This document shows positions 10,066 to 20,201 of a DNA stretch of 64,000 nt, piece after piece. The stretch comes from a virus. Its lineage: Duplodnaviria; Heunggongvirae; Uroviricota; Caudoviricetes. The DNA lies in IMG/VR virus record IMGVR_UViG_3300045747_000063, positions 12,449-76,448 of that record; one strand, given 5' to 3'. Numbering within the stretch: position 1 is the first letter of the stretch; every line of letters begins with the position of its first letter. The notes under the pieces are model-generated. The model did no database searches, was not told the origin of the DNA, and worked only from the letters and a program-made list of their open reading frames with translations. Position numbers and translations under genes: made by a program.

Positions 10066-10599
10066 ATGACAGACATTACACTGCAACCAAATCCGAATGA
10101 AGGAACTGCACTCAACTTTGATGGAAGAAGTTTGGTGCTGGATGGTCTCATTGCGTCTAATTGCCGCATGAGCTTTCCTAAGTTACCTGGTGTTCAGTTT
10201 TGGTTGCAGAATGTTGACTTGCCTGAGATACGTGTGAATGAGGTTGCTCAACATACTCGTTATGTTGACCCAAACCAAATCGGTGAGAAGTTGAACTTTG
10301 AACCGTACACTGTTACATTTACTGTTGATAAGTACATGCAGAATTGGGCTTCCATCTTTAACTGGATGAAGAGAATGACTGTCAATGGTTCTGCTGTTGA
10401 CGAGACTGATGAATGTGTCCTTATCATCAATAATTCAGAAGTCCTCAAGTTTGTTGGTGCTTGGCCTACGTCTCTTGGAAAGATGAACTTTTCAGCTACA
10501 GATTCAGAAGCTAAATACATCACAACGACACTCACATTGAACTGTGACTACATAGATTACATCGGTGATTTTGGTACGGTGGATTCGAAGTACCAGTAA
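10066..10599 (+). CDS. hypothetical structural protein, possibly tail-tube-fold paralog
   Basis: 177 aa, size and weak pattern similarity to gp19-like proteins; uncertain. Confidence 0.3.
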   Translation: MTDITLQPNPNEGTALNFDGRSLVLDGLIASNCRMSFPKLPGVQFWLQNVDLPEIRVNEVAQHTRYVDPNQIGEKLNFEPYTVTFTVDKYMQNWASIFNWMKRMTVNGSAVDETDECVLIINNSEVLKFVGAWPTSLGKMNFSATDSEAKYITTTLTLNCDYIDYIGDFGTVDSKYQ

Positions 10600-10730
10600 G
10601 AAACCTCTATAAGATTCTTTTAAGACTTATCTAATAAGGAATCATTCATGGAGGTACAGTCGAAATACTACAGGTTGTCAAACTATTTTGCAACTTTGAA
10701 AAACTTTTATATGAAAGAAAGTGAATAATT

Positions 10731-11186
10731 ATGACCACAATCAACAAACTTGACATCAATAAGGTAATCGCTGAATGGAAGAACGATGCAACCATTGACG
10801 AGACCAAGATAAACACCGAAATCTGCCGTACATCCCAACTCCACTCCACATATCTAGGCTACTTCATCCAATTCAAGGGTGAACTCACTCGTGCTGAGTC
10901 AGCATATTATCGTATGGGGAACATGAAACGCAAGTATTACCGTGGAGAGTGTACACAGCCTGAACTGGCTAAGATGGGATGGCAACAATTCCAAGGACTG
11001 AAACCATCAGCCACAGAAATGAATTCACACCTCGAATTCGATACCGAACTGGTTACATTGCGTGAGAACGTGAACAACCTGAAAACAGCCGTAGCCAGCA
11101 TGGAATACATCATCAAATCAATTTCCAGCCGAGACTACTCAATCAAGACGCTTGTTGATTACAACAGATACCTGAACGGAAACTAA
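10731..11186 (+). CDS. uvsY: UvsY-like recombination mediator
   Basis: 151 aa, immediately upstream of uvsW as in T4; loose pattern similarity (KYYRG, amphipathic helices). Confidence 0.4.
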   Translation: MTTINKLDINKVIAEWKNDATIDETKINTEICRTSQLHSTYLGYFIQFKGELTRAESAYYRMGNMKRKYYRGECTQPELAKMGWQQFQGLKPSATEMNSHLEFDTELVTLRENVNNLKTAVASMEYIIKSISSRDYSIKTLVDYNRYLNGN

Positions 11187-12704
11187 GTGGAAGAAGACAC
11201 AATCAAGATTTCAAGAGTCAATGAGGTTTACATGCGTGTGAACGCAGAACCTGGTATACTTCAAGAAATCAAAGAAGCATTCACATTCGAGATTCCGAAC
11301 GCCAAGTACAATCCAAAGGTGAAGATGCGTATATGGGACGGTAAGATATCGCTCATGAATATTCACACCAAGCAAATGTATACTGGACTTTACTTTTCGC
11401 TCAAAGAATTTGCCGAATCTCGTGGCTATGCTATTGATTGTGATGACCAAAGCTACATCAATGGTGATGACGTGTCTCCGAAGGCCGTATTCGATTTCGT
11501 CAAAGGATTGAACCTTCATTCTGATGGGAAACCGATTCAGGTGCGAGACTATCAACTGGTCGCTATCTGGACAGCTATCAAGCATCGTAGACGCACGCTA
11601 TTGTCACCGACTGCATCCGGTAAGAGTCTCATCATCTATTGCACCATCCGTTGGATTCTCGAAAAGACCAAGGGTGGAACTGCGCTGCTGATTGTGCCTA
11701 ACATCGGTCTGGTGCGTCAAATGTACTCCGACTTTGAGGACTACTCAAGTCACAATGGGTTCGACGTTGACCAGATGACTCAGACCATTTCAGAAGGTGC
11801 TGACAAGAAAATCATTGCGAACATTGTCATCAGTACCTGGCAGTCAATCTACAAACAACCCATCGCATGGTTCAACCAACTCGACGGCATCCTATGCGAT
11901 GAGGTTCACCTCGCGCAGGCAACCTCAATTAAAGAAATGATGGAGAAGGCAACCGAGGTGAAATATCGTGTCGGTTTGACCGGAACACTTGGTGATGCTA
12001 AAACTCATGAGTGGGTTATCACTGGTTTGTTTGGAAAAGTAACCCGCGTTGCGACCACCGCAGAACTCATAGAAAAGGGACAAATTGCAGACATCGCAAT
12101 TTCGTGCTTAGTCCTTGATTATGAAGATAAAAATGAGAGAAAGCTCTTAAAAGAAGTCGATTATTCGACGGAATTGGACTATATCTGCGGACACGAAAAA
12201 AGAAACAATTTGGTCGCAAAAATGGCAATAGAATCAAAGGGTAATACACTCGTACTTTTCAATTTTGTAGAGAAGCACGGAAAATTGATTCACGAAATAA
12301 TTCTCAAATTGTTGGCTGAAAAAGGTAACACAACGCGCAAAGTTTTCTTCATTCACGGTTCCGTAAAAGGCACTGACCGAGACCTCATGCGTGCGATTGT
12401 CGAAAAAGAAGAAGACGCAATCATCATCGCTTCGTATGGAACGATGTCTACTGGTACGAACATCAAACGTATTCACAACATCATCTTCGCATCACCATTC
12501 AAGAGTGTGATTCGTTTGCTGCAATCAATTGGTCGTGGTCTTCGTATGGCAGAAGGCAAAACGAAAATGAACCTCATTGACATTGTGGATGACTTCTCTG
12601 GTGGCAACAAGAAAAAGAACTTCACATTCAACCACTTCATCGAACGCCTGCGTCATTACACCGAAGAAAAGTTCGAATATAAGATTGTCCAGATAAAGAT
12701 TTAG
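11187..12704 (+). CDS. uvsW: UvsW DNA/RNA helicase (SF2), GTG start
   Basis: N-terminus aligns to T4 UvsW (RIWDGKISL vs NWDGRIRLL); Walker A SPTASGKS, DEVH box. Confidence 0.9.
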   Translation: MEEDTIKISRVNEVYMRVNAEPGILQEIKEAFTFEIPNAKYNPKVKMRIWDGKISLMNIHTKQMYTGLYFSLKEFAESRGYAIDCDDQSYINGDDVSPKAVFDFVKGLNLHSDGKPIQVRDYQLVAIWTAIKHRRRTLLSPTASGKSLIIYCTIRWILEKTKGGTALLIVPNIGLVRQMYSDFEDYSSHNGFDVDQMTQTISEGADKKIIANIVISTWQSIYKQPIAWFNQLDGILCDEVHLAQATSIKEMMEKATEVKYRVGLTGTLGDAKTHEWVITGLFGKVTRVATTAELIEKGQIADIAISCLVLDYEDKNERKLLKEVDYSTELDYICGHEKRNNLVAKMAIESKGNTLVLFNFVEKHGKLIHEIILKLLAEKGNTTRKVFFIHGSVKGTDRDLMRAIVEKEEDAIIIASYGTMSTGTNIKRIHNIIFASPFKSVIRLLQSIGRGLRMAEGKTKMNLIDIVDDFSGGNKKKNFTFNHFIERLRHYTEEKFEYKIVQIKI

Positions 12705-12767
12705 GCTTTTGATTTAATGAGATTTCATTGCTATACTTCCTGTGTTAAATCACATCAAGGAAGTAAA

Positions 12768-13301
12768 ATGCAAGCCCAAGAATCACATGAATCAAATTTG
12801 AATGATAACGAAACCGGAGTTCAACTCTGGTCGTTGAAACTGATTACCGGACAACACATCATCACTGAAATGTATGACGTGGAACTACAGGAAGACTCAG
12901 ATGAAATGTGGGGCGAGTTGTACATGATGGTCAACCCAATCGTTGTTGAAGAAATTGCTGGCGATGGTGGTGAATTGACAACAGCAAAACCATACGACAA
13001 GACAACCGATGACGACACGTTCGAAATCTACGCTGAAAAGTTCATGTCCGAACCAAAGCTGGTCAACAAGTTTTACACAGCATTTTATGTGAAGGCAATC
13101 ATCTTCACATACGTCAAGAAAGTTCGAGCAGAACTTGCAGAATACAAAGACCTTCCACCGGAAGAGTTCAAGCAAAAAGAAAAAGAATTCGCGGCAAAGA
13201 TAGACACACTCGCATCGTTTTTGGAAGAACGTTTCAATATTGGTCTAGAAGACAATGCTGACAAAGCAGCGGTTGTCCCAACCAATGTAACATTGCACTA
13301 A
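12768..13301 (+). CDS. hypothetical acidic protein
   Basis: ORF with good RBS aaggaag before ATG at 12768. Confidence 0.4.
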   Translation: MQAQESHESNLNDNETGVQLWSLKLITGQHIITEMYDVELQEDSDEMWGELYMMVNPIVVEEIAGDGGELTTAKPYDKTTDDDTFEIYAEKFMSEPKLVNKFYTAFYVKAIIFTYVKKVRAELAEYKDLPPEEFKQKEKEFAAKIDTLASFLEERFNIGLEDNADKAAVVPTNVTLH

Positions 13302-13309
13302 GGAATCAC

Positions 13310-13945
13310 ATGTCAGGCAAGCCTAATAAACCATTCTATGTAAGCAACATCGCTCTTTACGAAGTCTACGTTCCTTGGCTTGAAAAAGTCAGAGAAGCCG
13401 AAAAGAATGGCAAAGAAATCCCAGAAATCCCACGCTTCATTGCAGAGTCAATGATGAAGATTTGCACGCGCCTGACATACAGCCCGAAGTTCATCAACTA
13501 CTCATTCAAAGCTGAAATGATTGGTGATGCACTGTACGACTGCGTGAAATATGCAACCAAGTTCAAGCCATCGTATATCTCCAAGAAGGGCGAATTCGCT
13601 GGTCAAGAACGTGTTGGAAATCCATTCTCATACATCACCACAATCGCATTCAATGCGTTCCTTCGTCGCATCGACACAGAACACAAACAGTCATACGTCA
13701 AGGCAATGATTATCGCCGAGACACCAGTGCACGAATTCTTCGACAGCATTGAAAGTGATGACGTTGAACTGCAACAAATCTTCACCGAGTTCGTTCGTGA
13801 AAACAGCGACAACTTGACCAACAACATGCCTCAAGCATTGAAGAAGAAAGCGAAGAAACTGAAAGAGCTTCAAGAACTGGATTTGCAGGCGATAGATAGC
13901 CACGTGAATCTCGAAAACTTCCAAGGTGAAGACGAGGTTCTATAA
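13310..13945 (+). CDS. 55: late-transcription sigma factor (T4 gp55-like)
   Basis: NPFSYITTIAFNAFLRRIDTEHKQ matches T4 gp55 [24 protein letters not shown]. Confidence 0.88.
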   Translation: MSGKPNKPFYVSNIALYEVYVPWLEKVREAEKNGKEIPEIPRFIAESMMKICTRLTYSPKFINYSFKAEMIGDALYDCVKYATKFKPSYISKKGEFAGQERVGNPFSYITTIAFNAFLRRIDTEHKQSYVKAMIIAETPVHEFFDSIESDDVELQQIFTEFVRENSDNLTNNMPQALKKKAKKLKELQELDLQAIDSHVNLENFQGEDEVL

Positions 13946-15006
13946 TGAGCAAGTTCATCATCTTAGGTGACGTGCACATTGGCGCACGCTCTGCAAGCAC
14001 AATCGTTATGGAACACCAACTCAACTACTTTGAGACGGTGTTCTTTCCGTATCTGAAAAAGAACGGCATCACCACAATCTTGCAGCTTGGTGACATGTTC
14101 GACACACGCAAGTTCTCAAACCACGTTGTGTTGTATCACTGGAAGAAACGTTTCTTCAAGTACATGGAAGACAACGGAATCGAATTCATCACGATTCTTG
14201 GCAACCACGACATTGCATTCAAAAACACCGTTGAAGTAAATGCAACAACGCTGTTCCTCTCTGACTACAAGAACGTCAAAATTATAGCTGAACCAACCGA
14301 AATTGAAGTTCAAGGTATAAAGTTCCTGTTGTTGCCTTGGATATGCGAAAACAACAGAGAAGTAATTGAAGCGATGGTTGCCAGTACGAGCGCCACATAT
14401 TGTGCTGGTCACTTCGAGTTTGAAGGTTTTGAAATCCACCCAGGACAGGTAGCAACAGAAGGTGAAGACAAAGAAAAATATTCACACTTTGACACCGTGT
14501 TCTCCGGTCACTACCATACGAAGAGTAAGAAGGGCAACATTCAATACGTTGGCATCCCTTACGAACTGACATGGATTGACTACGAAGACCCAAAAGGTTT
14601 CATGTTGTTCGACGCAAAGAGTCAAAAGACTTCATTTGTTCGTAACACCACCCCAATGTTCGTCAAGCTGCACTATAACGATTTGAAGCAAGACAAAGAA
14701 TACTACAAGACCATCGACGTTTCTATGGTCAAGAATTCATATGTCAAGTTGTTGGTCGCAAATAAAACAGACCCGTACCAATTCGACAAATTGGCAGACT
14801 TGATTGCATCGCTGGAACCAATCGAACTGAAAATCATGGATGAAATGGAAGACTTCGAAGATGTTGATATCGAAAAAGAAGTCGAAGTCGAAAACACAAC
14901 AACATTGATAGAGAAGTTTGTTAAGCAGGTTGACACCAACCTCGACAAAGACAAACTGATTGCCAGCTTGAAATCGCTCTACGTGGAAGCTTTGAACATT
15001 ACATAA
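13945..15006 (+). CDS. 47: recombination endonuclease subunit (gp47, Mre11-like)
   Basis: calcineurin-like phosphoesterase motifs ILGDVHIG, LGDMFD, GNHD, GH..; precedes gp46. Confidence 0.85.
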   Translation: MSKFIILGDVHIGARSASTIVMEHQLNYFETVFFPYLKKNGITTILQLGDMFDTRKFSNHVVLYHWKKRFFKYMEDNGIEFITILGNHDIAFKNTVEVNATTLFLSDYKNVKIIAEPTEIEVQGIKFLLLPWICENNREVIEAMVASTSATYCAGHFEFEGFEIHPGQVATEGEDKEKYSHFDTVFSGHYHTKSKKGNIQYVGIPYELTWIDYEDPKGFMLFDAKSQKTSFVRNTTPMFVKLHYNDLKQDKEYYKTIDVSMVKNSYVKLLVANKTDPYQFDKLADLIASLEPIELKIMDEMEDFEDVDIEKEVEVENTTTLIEKFVKQVDTNLDKDKLIASLKSLYVEALNIT

Positions 15007-15320
15007 TGGCAATCAAGATTAAAGACAGTGACGGAAAGAAACATTCCGTCACCAACCAACGAGGTAAGAATTCCAGCTACTACCGTCCGTTCTACGGATG
15101 GACTCGTGTCGATTCATGGCGCAGACCGTATCCATACCGTGCACCGAAGCCACTAAAAACTTCCACTCATTCATCACACCGTAAAACACACCACTCATAC
15201 GCAAGTTATCATCACCACGAGGCCATGCCCGGTTCGTTGAAAGTTCTATGGTGGTTGCTAGTTGGCGTGTTCAATGGTCTAATATGGTGTGTTAACAAAT
15301 GCAGTAAGACCGAAGAATGA
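15006..15320 (+). CDS. small basic His-rich protein with C-terminal TM
   Basis: 104 aa inserted between gp47 and gp46; HSSHRKTHHSYASYHHH then hydrophobic tail. Confidence 0.35.
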   Translation: MAIKIKDSDGKKHSVTNQRGKNSSYYRPFYGWTRVDSWRRPYPYRAPKPLKTSTHSSHRKTHHSYASYHHHEAMPGSLKVLWWLLVGVFNGLIWCVNKCSKTEE

Positions 15321-17050
15321 TTCTATTCAAAAAACTCACCTACAAAAATTTTAAGGCTGTGGGAAATCATGCAATTACGATTGACCTAAATACTACCAAG
15401 ACAACACTCGTCACTGGCAAGAATGGTGCAGGAAAATCCACCATTACGTCTGCCATTTGTTTCAATCTCTTTGGTGAAGACTTCGTTCTGAACAAGCCCG
15501 GTTTAATCAATTCAATCAACCAGAAGCAACTGTTGACTGAATTGGAGTTTTCAATTGGCGCAAAAGAGTATAAAGTAGTACGTGGAATCAAACCCAACAT
15601 CTTCAAAATCTACGAGAGTTCGAAGCCTATCACGGCAGAAGACAAGCCGATGAATGAAGACGCTGCATCGCGTGACTATCAGAAGATTTTGGAAACCCAA
15701 ATCTTGAAGATGGACATTCGAGCGTTCAAGCAAGTTGTGGTTGTTGGTGGTCGTTCGTATACACCGTTTATGAAGTTGAAAGTTGCTGATAGAAGAGAGT
15801 TCATCGAAGACTTGCTAGACATTCGAGTTTTCTCTACTATGGGTGGCATCCTGAAAGATAAGGTCAAACGCCTCAAGGAAGAACTGAAAGAGAACGATGA
15901 AGAACTCAAGACGATTCAAGAAAAAGTTGCACTCCAGAAAGCATTCGTTGAGAAGCTCTCGAATGAGAAGTCAGTTTCTATTGCTAAAATCGAAAGCGGA
16001 ATCGCCGTTCTTGAGTCTGACAACGATGTTCACTATGCTGAAAGCAACAAACTTGTTCTCGAAGAGTCCAAGCTGATAGCTGAAAGCGAACCGTTCGCAA
16101 ATGCATCATCCGACTTGGTGTCATTGAAGTACGAACTGAACACGCTCAATAAGGCTCAAGACAAGCTGTCGAAATCCATTGAATTTTATTCACATGTGAC
16201 CGAATGTCCTACGTGCACGCAGGCCGTGTCGCAGGAACACAAAGACAAAATCATTGAAACAACATCACTCGAATTGGATGCGTGTCTTGCCACGTACACC
16301 ACAACCGAGGGAAAGATGTTGCGTGCAGAAAAGATATTGAAACAGTTCAACGAGAAGCAAAAAGAGATTATCGACGTTCAACTTTCAATCTCAACCTTGC
16401 AGCGTGCAATCAGTTCGAACAACCACCTCATTCTTCGTTCACGTCAGCAGATTGACGAAATGAATTCTGACTCAACATCCATCGACGTTGAGAAAGTTAA
16501 GCTTGCCGAGTTCGCTAAGAAGTGGATGTCAATCAGCGAGAACAAAAAGAAATTGTTGGAGTCACAACAGTACAACGAATTCATGCAGCAGTCTTTAGCT
16601 GACAGCGGAATCAAATCGAAAATCATCAAGCATTACATTCCGACAATCAACAAGTACATCAACAAATATTTGGCTGACTTGGACTTCTTCGTGTTGTTCA
16701 ATCTAGATGAAACTTTCGAAGAGACAATCAAATCACGTCACCGTGATAATTTCAAGTACGACAATTTCAGTGATGGTCAGAAGGCACGTATCGACTTGGC
16801 TCTCATGTTCGCATGGCGTGACATAGCAAAACTTCGCAATGCTGTCAACACCAATCTTTTGTTCTTGGACGAAATCGACAAAGAGGTTGATGGTGAAGGT
16901 TCTTCATTGTTGAGTGAGCTATTGAATAAAATCGAAAAGTCGAGTATATTCATCATTTCCCACAAGGGAGACCTGTTGCGTGACAAAGTAGAACGCTCAA
17001 TCGAGTTCGAACTTCGTAACAATTTCTCAGAACTCGTAAAGAATCATTAA
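15317..17050 (+). CDS. 46: recombination endonuclease subunit (gp46, Rad50/SbcC-like ATPase)
   Basis: Walker A GKNGAGKST, long coiled coil, CPTC zinc hook, signature/Walker B LLFLDEID. Confidence 0.88.
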   Translation: MILFKKLTYKNFKAVGNHAITIDLNTTKTTLVTGKNGAGKSTITSAICFNLFGEDFVLNKPGLINSINQKQLLTELEFSIGAKEYKVVRGIKPNIFKIYESSKPITAEDKPMNEDAASRDYQKILETQILKMDIRAFKQVVVVGGRSYTPFMKLKVADRREFIEDLLDIRVFSTMGGILKDKVKRLKEELKENDEELKTIQEKVALQKAFVEKLSNEKSVSIAKIESGIAVLESDNDVHYAESNKLVLEESKLIAESEPFANASSDLVSLKYELNTLNKAQDKLSKSIEFYSHVTECPTCTQAVSQEHKDKIIETTSLELDACLATYTTTEGKMLRAEKILKQFNEKQKEIIDVQLSISTLQRAISSNNHLILRSRQQIDEMNSDSTSIDVEKVKLAEFAKKWMSISENKKKLLESQQYNEFMQQSLADSGIKSKIIKHYIPTINKYINKYLADLDFFVLFNLDETFEETIKSRHRDNFKYDNFSDGQKARIDLALMFAWRDIAKLRNAVNTNLLFLDEIDKEVDGEGSSLLSELLNKIEKSSIFIISHKGDLLRDKVERSIEFELRNNFSELVKNH

Positions 17051-17093
17051 CTTACACAACCCACTTGTTTTTAGTTCACAAGTATGTATAATG

Positions 17094-17123
17094 CCTCCAT
17101 CCGTAATAGGTGGAGGTTTTTTT
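17094..17123 (+). terminator. rho-independent terminator
   Basis: cctccatccgtaataggtggagg hairpin + TTTTTTT. Confidence 0.75.
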
Positions 17124-17148
17124 ATTATGAAAGGGGTGTTCAAATCAA

Positions 17149-17358
17149 ATGTTGACAATTAGTATCGGTGGTATTATTGTATTCATCGGTAAAATTATCG
17201 TGTGGGCGTTTTTCTCTGCTATCATGTCTTGGATTCCAACATGTGGTGGGCCACATCCATCAAAAACGGTATCACACATACTGCTTGCGATTTACCTGTC
17301 TGTTGTTGTATTCATCGGGTTGGTTGTGTTTACCAACTATATTAAAATCGTGTGGTAA
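17149..17358 (+). CDS. small membrane protein
   Basis: 69 aa, two hydrophobic helices. Confidence 0.3.
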   Translation: MLTISIGGIIVFIGKIIVWAFFSAIMSWIPTCGGPHPSKTVSHILLAIYLSVVVFIGLVVFTNYIKIVW

Positions 17359-17367
17359 AAAGGATGT

Positions 17368-17832
17368 ATGACAAAAAACGAAATTCTGGAACACCTAGAC
17401 TCGCTCACTGCGAAGTCTCCGTATGGCATCATGATTAAAAACGCATTCGACGTTGACGTTCCGGCTGGAATGCCACTATATATGCAAGAGCATATGTATC
17501 GCGGCTTGATGGTCAACTACTTCGACACAAATAAGGCAGACGAAATCACTCGCAGTGCGACTGAATATCTCGATGACCTACTCACACGTTTCCCTTGGCT
17601 TGACCGACCCTATGGTGACATCGTTCTAGATGCCACCGATAGAAACACGGACGCTCAACCCGAACGCTCATCTGTGCCGGATGGAACCGTCACCTTCTGC
17701 ACAGTGCGTCAAAAGTTTCTGTTGTACCTTGATGGAAAAATAGCAGTACGTTGCAACACTCTGGATGCCGTGAAATACTACGGTAAAAAGAGACATGGTT
17801 GTTTATCATTTAATTTTGTGGAGGAAGCATAA
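17368..17832 (+). CDS. hypothetical protein
   Basis: 154 aa ORF. Confidence 0.4.
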   Translation: MTKNEILEHLDSLTAKSPYGIMIKNAFDVDVPAGMPLYMQEHMYRGLMVNYFDTNKADEITRSATEYLDDLLTRFPWLDRPYGDIVLDATDRNTDAQPERSSVPDGTVTFCTVRQKFLLYLDGKIAVRCNTLDAVKYYGKKRHGCLSFNFVEEA

Positions 17833-18097
17833 TGCAAATCGCAGGACTTATTTTCATCGCCATTTGGCTGGCAGCAATCGTTGGTTGGGTTATGAATATC
17901 GTAACTATTTTCCATACCGCAACTGACCCCGTAACCGGAATGTTCATCTTCCGTTGCATCGGTGTTTTGGTCGCCCCTGTCGGAGCAGTCTTGGGTTATT
18001 TCTAAGAAATCAACCACTTACGCATAGTAGTTGCGTAAGTTGAGTGTTCTGTATAGAATGCTCACCTTACTTAATTATATCAACACGGAGAAAGCAC

Positions 18098-20188
18098 ATG
18101 GAATTGAATCTTGGCCGAGACGTTACAACAAACATCAAAGGCGCAACCCAATTTGGCACAACCGATAACTCAAGCAAACTGTTTGCTATGTTGTCGAACA
18201 TGCTGTACATCAACAAAGAACGTTCGTGCCTGACCGAACTCTCTTCCAATGCGCTCGACGCGCACAAACTGGTTGGCAGAGAAGACTTGCCTATCCATGT
18301 GACCATGCCAACATCACTGTCCAACGAAATCCGCGTTCGTGACTTCGGCCCCGGTCTTTCTCACGAAAATGTGATTCGCTTCCTGACCACTTATGGTGAA
18401 TCGTCCAAGCAATCCAGCAACGATTTTATCGGCGGATTCGGCATTGGCTCCAAGTCTCCTGCCGCTGTGTCTGACACGTGGACGGTTCACTCCTACCATG
18501 AAGGTATACATCGTCAATACCTGATTTTCGTGTCTGCAACTGGCGTTCCATCGCTGACTAAAATCACTGAGAAGCCGACTACCGAATCCGGTCTGGAAGT
18601 TGTCATTCCCGTTAAGCAAGGTGCAACAAATGCCTGGACGAATGCGGCTATCGACACATACCTGCACTATCCGGTGAAGCCTGTTCTGCATAACTTCCCG
18701 CATGGTCATCGTCTGAACGTGTCGAAGACGGTTGTTGGTACAAACTTTGACCAATACAAACATTCTTCTCAGAATGAATGTGCTGCAATCATCAACCATC
18801 GCCAATATCCTCTGGATGGCAAGAAGGTTCTTGAAGGCATCACACTGCCGTCACACATTTCTGGTGTACTGGCGTTGAAGAACATTCTGCTCAAGTTCAA
18901 CATCGGTGAACTGAGTCTCAGCTTGTCTCGTGAAAACTTGCAATACGACCACATGACGCTGACAGCAATCCAGAAGAAGTTGTACAGCGTGTACGACGAA
19001 CTCAAGGCACTGTGGGAAATAGAAGTCAATACGAAGGCTGAAAGCGAACTGCACTACTTCACGCTCGGTTCAGATTTCTTCAACAAGTACATCATCACCG
19101 CTGGACATGGTGGTGCAGTCGTTGCGATGTACAATGCGTTTGGTGTTGGCTGCAAGCACTTCTCCAGCGCGTTCAGAATTGGACAACGCACTATCGAAAT
19201 GAAATGGAAAAATGAGGCGAATATTCGCTTCCTGAATGCAAATTCCGACCGCATCATTTCTGGTAAGAATCCGCGTGCAAACTTCGGTTCGTACTATCGC
19301 CCTGCTTCATACGCCACTACCAAAGAATGGCAGTTGACTCTGAACATTCTCGGCGTGAATGACGTGGTGTTCGTACTGGATGATGCACCGATGGTGAATA
19401 TGCGCGTAAAGCAAGCATATCCAACCAAGAATGTTGTTCTTGCTAACAATCTGGACGCAATCCCAGAATTCTTGAAGAAGAACATCGTTCTTGCTTCGAA
19501 TCTGGCAAAGCCCGTAATCGTTCGCAACAAGGTTGTGAAAGTGAAGTCCGCGCTGTTCTGCGTGAGTGGTCGCAAGTTTGAAGCAGTTCATGAGTCGTAC
19601 TTCACGAACCGCATTGCAAACGACAAGGCGCGTGTTGCGTATGTTCGTTTCACCAGCATCACAACAACGTCCAGCGTGGATGATGAAAAGATGCTTCGTA
19701 ACCTGACAGACTTGGGTGTTACCGTTCTGGCTTTGAAGGCCGATGCAGATGTTCCAACATGGGCCAAGGCTCCGAAAGATGTGTTCGCTGAAATGCGTAC
19801 CGAACTGATGTTGTCTTACCCGCGCATCGCCAAGACCGACTTCATGGCAAAGGTCAAGAATGACCCAATCCTTCGCCAGTTTGTTCCGGCTACGTTGAAG
19901 CGCACTCAGAATGCATCCAAGTGGAATGAATTCTTCGACTTGGTTACAGGAAAAGATAACATCAAAGAAATGGACAGCTACCAAGCCCGCCATGATATGA
20001 TGCAAATCGAACGTCTGGATATGATTCTGGACGGCAAGAATACTCAGCGTACCAGCAAATATGACGGTGCTGTGACTGAGTTGGTTAAGACGTACCCGTT
20101 GTTGACTGTACTGGATAAATATGCGACCTTGACTTCACCGGAAACATATCGTAATATCATCCAGTATCTCGAAAGTTGTGGTGTTTAA
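18098..20188 (+). CDS. rIIA: rIIA-like protein with N-terminal GHKL (HATPase_c) domain
   Basis: ELSSNALDAH N-box, DFGPG G1 box, NDFIGGFGIGSKS G2 box; blocks resemble remembered T4 rIIA (ESNDFIGGFGLGSKSP). Confidence 0.6.
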   Translation: MELNLGRDVTTNIKGATQFGTTDNSSKLFAMLSNMLYINKERSCLTELSSNALDAHKLVGREDLPIHVTMPTSLSNEIRVRDFGPGLSHENVIRFLTTYGESSKQSSNDFIGGFGIGSKSPAAVSDTWTVHSYHEGIHRQYLIFVSATGVPSLTKITEKPTTESGLEVVIPVKQGATNAWTNAAIDTYLHYPVKPVLHNFPHGHRLNVSKTVVGTNFDQYKHSSQNECAAIINHRQYPLDGKKVLEGITLPSHISGVLALKNILLKFNIGELSLSLSRENLQYDHMTLTAIQKKLYSVYDELKALWEIEVNTKAESELHYFTLGSDFFNKYIITAGHGGAVVAMYNAFGVGCKHFSSAFRIGQRTIEMKWKNEANIRFLNANSDRIISGKNPRANFGSYYRPASYATTKEWQLTLNILGVNDVVFVLDDAPMVNMRVKQAYPTKNVVLANNLDAIPEFLKKNIVLASNLAKPVIVRNKVVKVKSALFCVSGRKFEAVHESYFTNRIANDKARVAYVRFTSITTTSSVDDEKMLRNLTDLGVTVLALKADADVPTWAKAPKDVFAEMRTELMLSYPRIAKTDFMAKVKNDPILRQFVPATLKRTQNASKWNEFFDLVTGKDNIKEMDSYQARHDMMQIERLDMILDGKNTQRTSKYDGAVTELVKTYPLLTVLDKYATLTSPETYRNIIQYLESCGV

Positions 20189-20201
20189 TTAAAGAAGGGA
20201 A

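Noticed and set aside
18044-18097. Upstream start for the rIIA-like ORF
   Set aside because: The 18044 start lies inside a hairpin/promoter region. The ATG at 18098 is preceded by ggagaaagcac.
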